A DNA stretch of 38,544 nt, taken from positions 1 through 38,544 of the forward strand of contig ONOD01000001.1 in assembly GCA_900319325.1 (NCBI GenBank). The letters are read 5' to 3'. Below the pieces are notes generated by a model, which saw nothing but the letters and a program-made list of their open reading frames with translations, searched no databases and had not been told where the DNA came from. Positions within the stretch are counted from its first letter, which is position 1, and each line of letters opens with the position of its first letter. The position numbers and the translations under genes were made by a program. Below, in pieces: positions 25,661-33,547 of the stretch. This DNA is from an uncultured Elusimicrobium sp. Lineage in GTDB: Bacteria > Elusimicrobiota > Elusimicrobia > Elusimicrobiales > Elusimicrobiaceae.

Positions 25661-26453
25661 CGGTGTCCTCGGCTCTGGATTTGCTGGCGGGGGCTACTCC
25701 TCGGGTGGAGGCACGGCAAAAATCAATCATATGTTGCACCTCTTGGGCGTGTGGAGCAGCTTCTAATTCGGCCATGGCTTCTTCCAAGCGTTTGCCGCTT
25801 CTAAACATCAGCTTGAAAGCACGCTTAATTTCCAAAATAACTTTGCGGTCCAATCCGGCGCGGCGCAAACCCACAATGTTTAAGCCGATTAATTTGGTAC
25901 GTTCTCCTTGAGCTATACAATAAGGAGGAATATCCAAATGGACCATTGTCCCGCCGGAGATCATGGTCATGGTGCCGATGCGGGAGAATTGATGAATGCC
26001 CACCATGCCTGAAATGACAGCTCTGTCTTCCACGATCACGTGCCCCGCGATGCCGGTGCTGTTGGCTACAATACAATTGTTTCCCATTTGTACATCGTGC
26101 GCCAAGTGTGAATTAGCCATCAGGAGGTTGTTGTTCCCCAAGGTAGTGGGTTTGTCCACAAAGGTAGAGCGGTGAATCGTTACACATTCGCGGATTTTAT
26201 TGCCATTGCCCATCACTACCCGGGTAGGTTCATCTTTATAAGATAAATCTTGCGGTTTGACACCTATAAAACAACTGGCGATAAGTTCATTGTTATCGCC
26301 CATGGTAGTGTTTTCAATGACGCAAAACGGACCAATGTGGTTATTCTTGCCAATCTGGACATCTGCGCCGATGACTACATAAGGGCCCACTACGGTAGAG
26401 GGGTCAATCTGGGCAGTAGGATCAATAATCGCAGTAGGGTGAATATTAGACAT
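25653..26453 (-). CDS. lpxA: UDP-N-acetylglucosamine acyltransferase
   Basis: IHPTAII hexapeptide repeats; PQDLSY, IRECVTIHR, HLAHD, HQF, DIPPY and GLNIVGLRR motifs. Confidence 0.96.
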   Translation of the reverse strand: MSNIHPTAIIDPTAQIDPSTVVGPYVVIGADVQIGKNNHIGPFCVIENTTMGDNNELIASCFIGVKPQDLSYKDEPTRVVMGNGNKIRECVTIHRSTFVDKPTTLGNNNLLMANSHLAHDVQMGNNCIVANSTGIAGHVIVEDRAVISGMVGIHQFSRIGTMTMISGGTMVHLDIPPYCIAQGERTKLIGLNIVGLRRAGLDRKVILEIKRAFKLMFRSGKRLEEAMAELEAAPHAQEVQHMIDFCRASTRGVAPASKSRAEDTDE

Positions 26454-26931
26454 GTTTTTCTCCTAAAATAAAATTGAGTGTTGCTTGTGTACATAATTTG
26501 CCGTTGACATAAGCTTCGGCATAGATTTTGGAAATTTTTCCCAATCGGATAATATCAATTGGCATTTGCAAAGTATCCCCGGGCTGAACGATCCCGCGGA
26601 ATTTGGCGTCTTCAATACTTAAAAATAGCGGGATTTCTCCTTGCTTTTTGGCCACACGGTTCATCATAGCTCCGCCAAATGCTTGGGACATACTCTCAAT
26701 GACTAAGACGCCCGGCATAACAGGGCTGCCGGGAAAGTGACCTTGGAAGTAGTACTCATCTGCGGTTACGTGACGGATTCCTAAGTATTTTTTGCCATCT
26801 TCCAACACGCGTACTTCATCTACTAATAAGAACGGGTCTCTATGTGGAATGGAGGCTTTTATTTGTTCTTGACTAATGACACGCTCAACAGGCAGCGTCA
26901 AAAAATCGTGTAAACTATTTCGGGTGCTCAT
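26446..26931 (-). CDS. fabZ: 3-hydroxyacyl-ACP dehydratase
   Basis: IPHRDPFLLVD and FQGHFPGSPVMPGVLVIESMSQ motifs. Start moved to the ATG at 26931 (GGAGG RBS, overlapping the lpxC stop). Confidence 0.95.
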   Translation of the reverse strand: MSTRNSLHDFLTLPVERVISQEQIKASIPHRDPFLLVDEVRVLEDGKKYLGIRHVTADEYYFQGHFPGSPVMPGVLVIESMSQAFGGAMMNRVAKKQGEIPLFLSIEDAKFRGIVQPGDTLQMPIDIIRLGKISKIYAEAYVNGKLCTQATLNFILGEKHV

Positions 26932-27752
26932 TTGTCCTCCGAATTGGCCAATAACAAACTGGCAAAAATAACATTGTGTTTGTGCCCACCGCATTCACAA
27001 TGAATTTTTAATGGGGGCAATTTGCGTCCGGTTAAACTAATATCTCCAATCAGGTCTAATAGTTTATGACGTACCGGTTCATCCGGGAAACGGCGTTCGT
27101 TAATAAATTTGTCCTTCCCGATGATGACTGCATTTTCCAAATTGCCACCTTTAGCTAAGCCGTGAGCCTTTAAAAATTCCAATTCTTCTTCAAATCCAAA
27201 GGTACGGGCTCGGGCAATTTGTTCTATGTAATTTTCCTGCGTAAATTCCAGGCTATATTCACAATGCGCCAAAAGTGGATGCTTGTGACGATATACAAAT
27301 GTAAAAGTAAGTTTGTCTGCCGGCTCTGCGCTATAGAAGATATTGCCGCACGTATAGGTAATTTTTTGGCGGATGTTCAGGAGGCGCTGTTCGCCGGCAA
27401 GCTCTTGGATTCCAGCTTGAAGAAGGGCTTCTACATACACGTCGCTTGCACCATCCGTAACGGGCGGTTCGGGGCCATCCATTTCTACACGCACATCGGT
27501 AATTCCCAGTGCGTGCAAGGCTGACATGGCGTGTTCAATGGTCCAAACCTCGGCTGTTTCGTTTTTGAGGTTGGTGCCACGCAAGGTAGAACCTACACTG
27601 CTTACATGAGCTACAATGGGCTTAGCATTGGGCAAGTCCGTGCGCAAAAATGTAATACCGTCCTGCGCAGGGAGGAAAGTCATTGTTGTCGGTACCCCTG
27701 TGTGTAAGCCAGGGCCACGTACTACGGCGGATTGTTTAAGGGTTTTTCGCAT
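26928..27752 (-). CDS. lpxC: UDP-3-O-acyl-N-acetylglucosamine deacetylase
   Basis: GLHTG, TIEHxMSAL, IARARTFGF and RHKLLDLIGD zinc motifs. Confidence 0.96.
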   Translation of the reverse strand: MRKTLKQSAVVRGPGLHTGVPTTMTFLPAQDGITFLRTDLPNAKPIVAHVSSVGSTLRGTNLKNETAEVWTIEHAMSALHALGITDVRVEMDGPEPPVTDGASDVYVEALLQAGIQELAGEQRLLNIRQKITYTCGNIFYSAEPADKLTFTFVYRHKHPLLAHCEYSLEFTQENYIEQIARARTFGFEEELEFLKAHGLAKGGNLENAVIIGKDKFINERRFPDEPVRHKLLDLIGDISLTGRKLPPLKIHCECGGHKHNVIFASLLLANSEDK

Positions 27753-27755
27753 ATA

Positions 27756-28832
27756 CTAACGTCCTAATAGCTTTTTGAGACGTTGCCAAAATGAAAGATT
27801 TTGGAACGCTTGCATTTCTTTTTGAAATTGTTGAAACTGTTTGTACACGTCGGGCAATTTTCGTAAAATTGCCATTTGCTTAAGGGCCTCCCGTTGGGGC
27901 ATGGCAGGATATCCAAGGTAGGTTTGGCCTGCGGGGATGGAACTCATTACCCCCGATTGGGCCCCCACTTGTACGCGGTCTCCTACCTTCATATGGCCGG
28001 CCAATCCTACTTGTCCTGCTAAGATAACGCCATTTCCAATATCGGTAGTTCCGGCCACACCTACTTGCGCGCAGCAAATAGAACTCATCCCGATATTTAC
28101 ATTGTGGCCGATTTGTACTAAATTGTCAATCTTCGTATTATCGCCTACGGTGGTGCTGGTAATTTTAGCGCGGTCTATACAGGTATTGGATTGAATTTCC
28201 ACATCGTTTCCAATAACCACATTACCGATTTGCGGGATTTTTTGGTGGCGCCCTTCGTGAAACATAAATCCAAACCCGTCACTGCCGATTTTGGCCCCGG
28301 CCTGTAAGATGACATAATCCTTTAGAACACATTGTTCCCGGATAACGACTTGAGGGTAGATGTAGCAATTTTTGCCAATCGTGACTTCTTTACCAATATA
28401 GCATTGTGGAAAAATGACGGTATTATCCCCAATGACGGCTCCTTCTTCAATGACGGTATAGGCCCCTACAGATACATTTTGCCCTAATTTGGCTTGCGGA
28501 TGAATGACGGCGGTGGGGTGAATCCCGGGGGTATGCTTTTGAAATTGAGCATCTACGTATTTCATAAGGAGCACAAAGGCCCATTCAGGGTTCGCCGCAT
28601 ACAGTAGCACTCCTTTAAACGGAAGCGTGGTATCTTTGGCGCTAGCCGGCACAAATATAGCTGAAGCATTTAATTTTTCAAAAAGTTCCGGTTTTTCCAA
28701 AGAAGTTACATAGCAAATTCCCCCTTCGTGCGCGTTTTCCAGTGAGCATAGAGCCGTAATTTGAAGATCGGGTTGCGCGCTGGCCTGCGTTTGTGTAATT
28801 TGTGTAATTTGCTCAATAGACAAGGGTTTCAT
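27756..28832 (-). CDS. lpxD: UDP-3-O-acylglucosamine N-acyltransferase
   Basis: IGSDGFGF, KIPQIGNV, IDR and KIDNLVQIGHNV motifs; likely start at the ATG at 28832 after GAGGTG. Confidence 0.96.
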   Translation of the reverse strand: MKPLSIEQITQITQTQASAQPDLQITALCSLENAHEGGICYVTSLEKPELFEKLNASAIFVPASAKDTTLPFKGVLLYAANPEWAFVLLMKYVDAQFQKHTPGIHPTAVIHPQAKLGQNVSVGAYTVIEEGAVIGDNTVIFPQCYIGKEVTIGKNCYIYPQVVIREQCVLKDYVILQAGAKIGSDGFGFMFHEGRHQKIPQIGNVVIGNDVEIQSNTCIDRAKITSTTVGDNTKIDNLVQIGHNVNIGMSSICCAQVGVAGTTDIGNGVILAGQVGLAGHMKVGDRVQVGAQSGVMSSIPAGQTYLGYPAMPQREALKQMAILRKLPDVYKQFQQFQKEMQAFQNLSFWQRLKKLLGR

Positions 28833-28839
28833 AAGCACC

Positions 28840-29724
28840 TCACTTTCCGCGTTTGCGGTATTTTTTCGCTTTTTTCAAGCGGTTAATAAAATCTTTAGTT
28901 ACATTGACGGGTTTTTCCCCGTATAGGACTTCGTCTTTTCGTACCACGGCGCCGATGTTGCGTTTTTTGGCAAAGGATTTAATTTCCAAGTAAATATCTT
29001 TCAGAATTTCTTTTACTTCTTGTTCTTCCAATTTCAAAATTTCTTCCCGGGTTTGGGCTTTATAATTGTCAATAAAAAACTCGCGTTCTTCAATTGTTTG
29101 TTTGTTGGAAGCCATACGTGCTTTGAGGTCTTCCAATTGAGCGGGGGTATTTAAGGGGCTGGCATAAAAAACATCAGTGCCGGCGAAAGTGAGACGGTTT
29201 AGTACATTGCCCAGTTCTAATTCGTCTGCATTTTCTGCGGGACGGGGGAATAACTTGTGAGGTTCAACGACAATGCGTTCATAAAAGGGTTTTAGCTGGC
29301 GGATCAACCCCGCCAGGCGGTCGTTTTCTTCATGCAACCGTGCAATAAGGTCTTTTGCGTTGGCCACTTCCTCTTCTTTGGATAGAATTTTTTGTCGGAT
29401 CTGCTCTTTTACCGCTACAGTACGGGGATGTGCATTAAAGGCCTCATCAATGTCCACAAAGGCAACTGTTAAACATTTTTGAGCAGCGGAGCCCCCTGTC
29501 TCCTCTTCGGCGGGTTCCGGGTCTTCGTTTTCAAGAGCTTGTTTAACTTCTTGCTGAGCTTGGGCCGGAGCCGGGAGTTGGTCGGGTTTGGGGGCGGTCT
29601 CTTGCACTTTGGCCAAAATGGCTGCCACGGCCGCATTTTCTTCGTCAGTAAATGCCATTTCCTGAGCGTTTAGCCCAGTTGCCAAAGACAGCAAACATAA
29701 AACCGCTAAAAACCTTTTTTGCAT
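28840..29724 (-). CDS. skp: Elongated Skp/OmpH-family periplasmic chaperone
   Basis: Signal peptide, VAFVDIDEAF..HP, long coiled coils and C-terminal FAKKRNIGAVV....VLYG....VTKDFINRL; lies between bamA and lpxD. Confidence 0.8.
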   Translation of the reverse strand: MQKRFLAVLCLLSLATGLNAQEMAFTDEENAAVAAILAKVQETAPKPDQLPAPAQAQQEVKQALENEDPEPAEEETGGSAAQKCLTVAFVDIDEAFNAHPRTVAVKEQIRQKILSKEEEVANAKDLIARLHEENDRLAGLIRQLKPFYERIVVEPHKLFPRPAENADELELGNVLNRLTFAGTDVFYASPLNTPAQLEDLKARMASNKQTIEEREFFIDNYKAQTREEILKLEEQEVKEILKDIYLEIKSFAKKRNIGAVVRKDEVLYGEKPVNVTKDFINRLKKAKKYRKRGK

Positions 29725-29731
29725 AAACTCC

Positions 29732-32104
29732 TTACATCATATTTGAGATATTGAAGTAGAAGTGAGATCTGTCTTCTCCGGAGCGGTGATTGAGCCCATA
29801 TCCCCAATCAATACGGATGGGTAACGACGGAGTAGTTAAGCGCAACCCTACCCCCACGCCGGCCTTGAATTGATTTTCATCCGGTCCCATTGAAAAGTCT
29901 AAGTCGTCAAAACGGTTCCAGGAGTTTCCTAAATCAAAGAAGAAGGCGAATTGTGCCATATTGCGTCTGCCTTCGCGGGCCAACGGGAAACGCAATTCCG
30001 CATTCATCACATAGTATGTGGTGCCCCCATATTTGGGGCCGATTTCCCCGGCGCGTTCGTAACCGCGGATGGTATCCGCACCGCCTAAGAAGAATTTCTC
30101 AAAGGGCGGTACTTCGTCCGTGCGGCCATAAGGGCGGACGGAGCCGATTTTGTTGGATAGTACGAACACAATAGGATAATTGCCGCCGATATTAAGTACG
30201 GTATAGTTGAAAATGGAGCGTGCGTTTAAGTACCAAAGGTCCAGATCCCCGCCAACAGGTCCACCCGCCAGAGCTAACCCCAAAGAGTTGCGCCATCCGC
30301 GGGTAGGATCCCACATGTTATCACGGGTATCAATGGCAAAATCGGTGCTGATGGTGGAGAGGTTAGTGGTGCCCTTTTCAATACATTCTTCATAGCTCTT
30401 ACCAGGAGTACATTGATATTGCTGGTCAATATCGTAAATATCAATATGCTCAAACGCATACCCGAACGAAAGTTGATAAATATCGTCGTTAAAACGAGGA
30501 CCCACCTTGAGGCGGCCCCCAATACGTTTTTCAGTATAGGCTTGGTTTTCCGTTGCAAAGGAACGATAGCGGCGCGTATTGAAAGCATCAATCCCCAGGG
30601 AGGTCGGTTTGTCAAATACCCAGGGGGTATACCAACTGACTGTATAATCTAAGATTTCTTTTCCAAATAAAGTGCGGATGGATAAGCGTTGGGCGCGTCC
30701 AAACAGGTTTAAGTGATTGAGGGAAACTTCCCCATACAGGCCATCCATTGAACTCATAGCTAACCCGGCCGTAAACATACCCGGTCTGCCTTCTTGAATG
30801 TTAAAGTCCAAGTCCACTTTGTTTGGGTCGGCGGTGGGTTGTAAGCCGATCTGTACATCGTTAATAAACCCTAAATTCATAATTTTGGTTTGGCTACGTT
30901 TTATCTTGGCGTTGTCATACAGATCCCCGGGATGAATAGTCAGTTCACGTGTGAACACGTATTTTTTAGTGTTTTCGTAGCCGGATACATCCACGTGATC
31001 AATGTAAAAAGTATGTCCTTCGGTAATATCAAATTTGATATTTAACAACCCGTTGTGAATATCTTTTACGGGGATTACTTGTGCTTGTAAATACCCTTTG
31101 TCGGCATATTGTTCTTGAATCGCAGAGATAGTATCGTCGAAGTCTTTTTGGTTGTAACGTTGGCCGGGACGGAAATAGATTTGTTTATCTAGTTCTTGTT
31201 GGGTAAACACGCTATTTCCCTCAAAGCTAATCGCACCAAAATCCACCTGTGGCCCTTCGCTCAGTTCATATGTGAGGGTGGCTTCGGTTTTCGTGTCATT
31301 ATAGGAAATTTTGGGCTGGGACAGATTGAATTCACTATAGCCTTTGTTTCGGCCGTAGAGCATCATTTTTACCCAATCGCGTTGTAAGTTTTGCGGTTTG
31401 AAAACTTTGTGGGGGCGGTTGGAGGCTTTCTTGATGATTTTTTTGAAGGGTAGTTCGGTTTGGACACCATTCGTATTCAAATTGAGGGCGCCTACACGGA
31501 CTCGTTCGCCTTCGTCTATAATTAGCTTTACGTAGACGACGCCTAATTTTTCATCCTTCTCCAATTCGTAGGCTACTTGAGCATTTACATACCCTTTTTC
31601 GGCGTATTTTTCGGTAATGCGGGCTAAATCGCTTTGCAATTTTGCCTCGTTAAAGGGATCTTTAAGCTTGAGGGTCATCGCCTGGGTGATGGCGCCTTTG
31701 CCTAGATGTTTGCGGCCCTGATATGTCAAACGGTCAAAAATGGGTTTTTCGGTAACCAGATAAGTGAGCCGGTGACAGGCGTAAGAAGTGCCGGTTTCTT
31801 TGTCTTTGCGGGTGCCCGGAATGGGGGTAATGTCAATTTCTACCGAATCAAAACTTCCCAGGGCGGAAATATCCTGCACATCTTCCATGATGGACATTCG
31901 CTCATACAATTCGCCCTTTTTGGCGTGAGCCGCTTTTGTAACGGTTCGTTTGCGGATATTTTTGAGCCCATCTACGGAAATATTACAGATCATCCAAGGA
32001 CCATTTGGGTCCAATTCTTCCGTAGCTTCTTCCGCGCGCGCGTACGAAAAAAAAGAAAATAACAAACCTAAAAATACCACGGCGGACCGTTTTAAAATTG
32101 TCAT
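29732..32104 (-). CDS. bamA: Outer-membrane protein assembly factor BamA
   Basis: POTRA repeats (Y..KGY..A.V, ENTKKYVFTREL, NLGF), NLFGR.Q, IRGY loop-6 motif, GVGLR...P..PIRIDWG and terminal FYFNI. Confidence 0.96.
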   Translation of the reverse strand: MTILKRSAVVFLGLLFSFFSYARAEEATEELDPNGPWMICNISVDGLKNIRKRTVTKAAHAKKGELYERMSIMEDVQDISALGSFDSVEIDITPIPGTRKDKETGTSYACHRLTYLVTEKPIFDRLTYQGRKHLGKGAITQAMTLKLKDPFNEAKLQSDLARITEKYAEKGYVNAQVAYELEKDEKLGVVYVKLIIDEGERVRVGALNLNTNGVQTELPFKKIIKKASNRPHKVFKPQNLQRDWVKMMLYGRNKGYSEFNLSQPKISYNDTKTEATLTYELSEGPQVDFGAISFEGNSVFTQQELDKQIYFRPGQRYNQKDFDDTISAIQEQYADKGYLQAQVIPVKDIHNGLLNIKFDITEGHTFYIDHVDVSGYENTKKYVFTRELTIHPGDLYDNAKIKRSQTKIMNLGFINDVQIGLQPTADPNKVDLDFNIQEGRPGMFTAGLAMSSMDGLYGEVSLNHLNLFGRAQRLSIRTLFGKEILDYTVSWYTPWVFDKPTSLGIDAFNTRRYRSFATENQAYTEKRIGGRLKVGPRFNDDIYQLSFGYAFEHIDIYDIDQQYQCTPGKSYEECIEKGTTNLSTISTDFAIDTRDNMWDPTRGWRNSLGLALAGGPVGGDLDLWYLNARSIFNYTVLNIGGNYPIVFVLSNKIGSVRPYGRTDEVPPFEKFFLGGADTIRGYERAGEIGPKYGGTTYYVMNAELRFPLAREGRRNMAQFAFFFDLGNSWNRFDDLDFSMGPDENQFKAGVGVGLRLTTPSLPIRIDWGYGLNHRSGEDRSHFYFNISNMM

Positions 32105-32132
32105 TTCAAACCCCTATTTCATCAAAAAAATC

Positions 32133-32161
32133 AAAAAGCCCGCACTACGTTAGCACGGGCT
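32133..32161 (-). terminator. Terminator after rpmB
   Basis: AGCCCGTGCTA-acg-TAGTGCGGGCT hairpin (with G-U pairs) followed by TTTT on the minus strand. Confidence 0.75.
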
Positions 32162-32183
32162 CAATTTTGGCACAAAAAGAGAC

Positions 32184-32378
32184 TTATTTAGCGGGTCTTT
32201 TAGCAAGACCGCTTTTAATACAACCCGTGCACACGTAGGCCGTTTGGGTTTTACCGTCCAAAACGATTTTCTGTTTTTGCAGGTTGGGTTTAAAACTTCT
32301 TTTTGTCCGCAAGTTAGAGTGGCTGTAAGAACCGCCGGAGACGGATGCCTTGCCACATACTGCACATTTATAAGCCAT
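32184..32378 (-). CDS. rpmB: 50S ribosomal protein L28 (four-Cys form)
   Basis: CAVCGK....G..YSHS..RTKRSFKPNLQ...VCTGCIKSG. Confidence 0.96.
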   Translation of the reverse strand: MAYKCAVCGKASVSGGSYSHSNLRTKRSFKPNLQKQKIVLDGKTQTAYVCTGCIKSGLAKRPAK

Positions 32379-32442
32379 AAGTTTCCTTCCTTAGTAATAT
32401 AAATTCGCTTAATATTATTCTATAAATTTTGTGTGTAAATGT

Positions 32443-33384
32443 CTAGTCCTGTTGCACTTTGGGTGGGAAAATTTTACCTGCCAGGATAGACAGAGTTAGC
32501 AAGCCCACAATGGTAGCCAAAGAAGCCCAAATCGGGATTTTAACATAGTGTGAGAGTAACATTTTGACTCCCACAAAGAATAAAATAACCGAAATGCCGT
32601 ATTTTAAATAAGGGAATTTCCCTGCCATGCCAGACAATAGGAAGTATAGCGAACGTAGCCCGATAATGGCAAATATATTAGAAGAATATACCAAGAAGGT
32701 GTCTTGGGTAATAGAAAGTACGGCCGGTATAGAGTCCACCGCAAAGATAAGGTCACTCATTTCAATAACGAGTACTGCCGCAAAAAGCGGAGTGGCAAAC
32801 CATTTTGCCCCTTCCTTGACGAAGAAATTATCCCCATGGTAATCTGTTTTGAGGGGAATGAATTTGCGCATTATTCTAAGTGGGAGTGATTGGCTGGGAT
32901 CAAACTCGTCATCCTCTTTTTGCAGAAGCATCTTGGCGGCGGTAAAAATCAACAAGACGCCAAAGACATAAATTGTCCACGAAAACAGAGAAATTAACTG
33001 CACGCCAACAAAGATGAATACAAATCGCAATGCTACTGCGCCCAAAATGCCCCACAATAATGCTTTGGGTTGTAAATCATGTGGAATGGCAAAATAACTG
33101 AAAATGAGAATAAAAACAAACATGTTATCTATGGAAAGCGAATATTCAAGCACATAGCCGGTGTAAAATGCCAGTGCGTGTTGCGCTCCTTCAAACAACC
33201 AAATGGCACCTCCGAATACAAGTGCCAGTGTTACCCAAGCGCCTACCATGATGGCGGCTTCTTTAATGGAAACGTGCCCGTGATGTTTATTGAGTACGGT
33301 TAAATCAATAAACAAAGCGGCAATAACGGTCACCCAGAAGGCGACCCACAAACCGATTGAAACAGAGGCAGAAACAGGTTCCAT
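32443..33384 (-). CDS. TerC/Alx-family membrane protein
   Basis: GYVLEYSLSIDNMFVF, LLWGILGAVALR, DLIFAVDSIPAV and SNIFAIIGLRSLYF motifs. Confidence 0.95.
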   Translation of the reverse strand: MEPVSASVSIGLWVAFWVTVIAALFIDLTVLNKHHGHVSIKEAAIMVGAWVTLALVFGGAIWLFEGAQHALAFYTGYVLEYSLSIDNMFVFILIFSYFAIPHDLQPKALLWGILGAVALRFVFIFVGVQLISLFSWTIYVFGVLLIFTAAKMLLQKEDDEFDPSQSLPLRIMRKFIPLKTDYHGDNFFVKEGAKWFATPLFAAVLVIEMSDLIFAVDSIPAVLSITQDTFLVYSSNIFAIIGLRSLYFLLSGMAGKFPYLKYGISVILFFVGVKMLLSHYVKIPIWASLATIVGLLTLSILAGKIFPPKVQQD

Positions 33385-33401
33385 AGTCTAGCAAAGAAAA
33401 A

Positions 33402-33474
33402 AGCTGAGGATGGGAATCGAACCCACAACCTACGGTTTACAAAACCGTTGCTCTGCCAGTTGAGCTACCTCAGC
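33402..33474 (-). tRNA. tRNA-Thr (anticodon TGT), CCA not encoded
   Basis: GCTGAGGTAGCTCAACTGGCAGAGCA-ACGGT-TTTGTAA-ACCGT-AGGTTGTGGGTTCGATTCCCATCCTCAGCT. Confidence 0.95.
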
Positions 33475-33532
33475 ATTCCAATTAAAATAACAGAACTATT
33501 TTAGCATTTTTTGTCAGTATTCTGCACGTTTT

Positions 33533-33547
33533 TGCTACAATATCCCT
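33533..33547 (+). promoter_or_regulatory. Extended -10 promoter immediately before the tldD-like ATG; probable leaderless start
   Basis: TG-C-TACAAT-ATCCCT-ATG; no SD. Confidence 0.55.

Noticed and set aside
24836-32104. bamA-skp-lpxD-lpxC-fabZ-lpxA-lpxI order as novel
   Set aside because: This is a widely conserved outer-membrane biogenesis cluster; lpxC next to fabZ and use of LpxI are established in many non-enteric diderms.
24701-33474. tRNA-Leu or tRNA-Thr as genomic-island integration sites
   Set aside because: I found no duplicated tRNA 3' ends, no adjacent integrase and no obvious compositional shift; flanking genes are core envelope genes.
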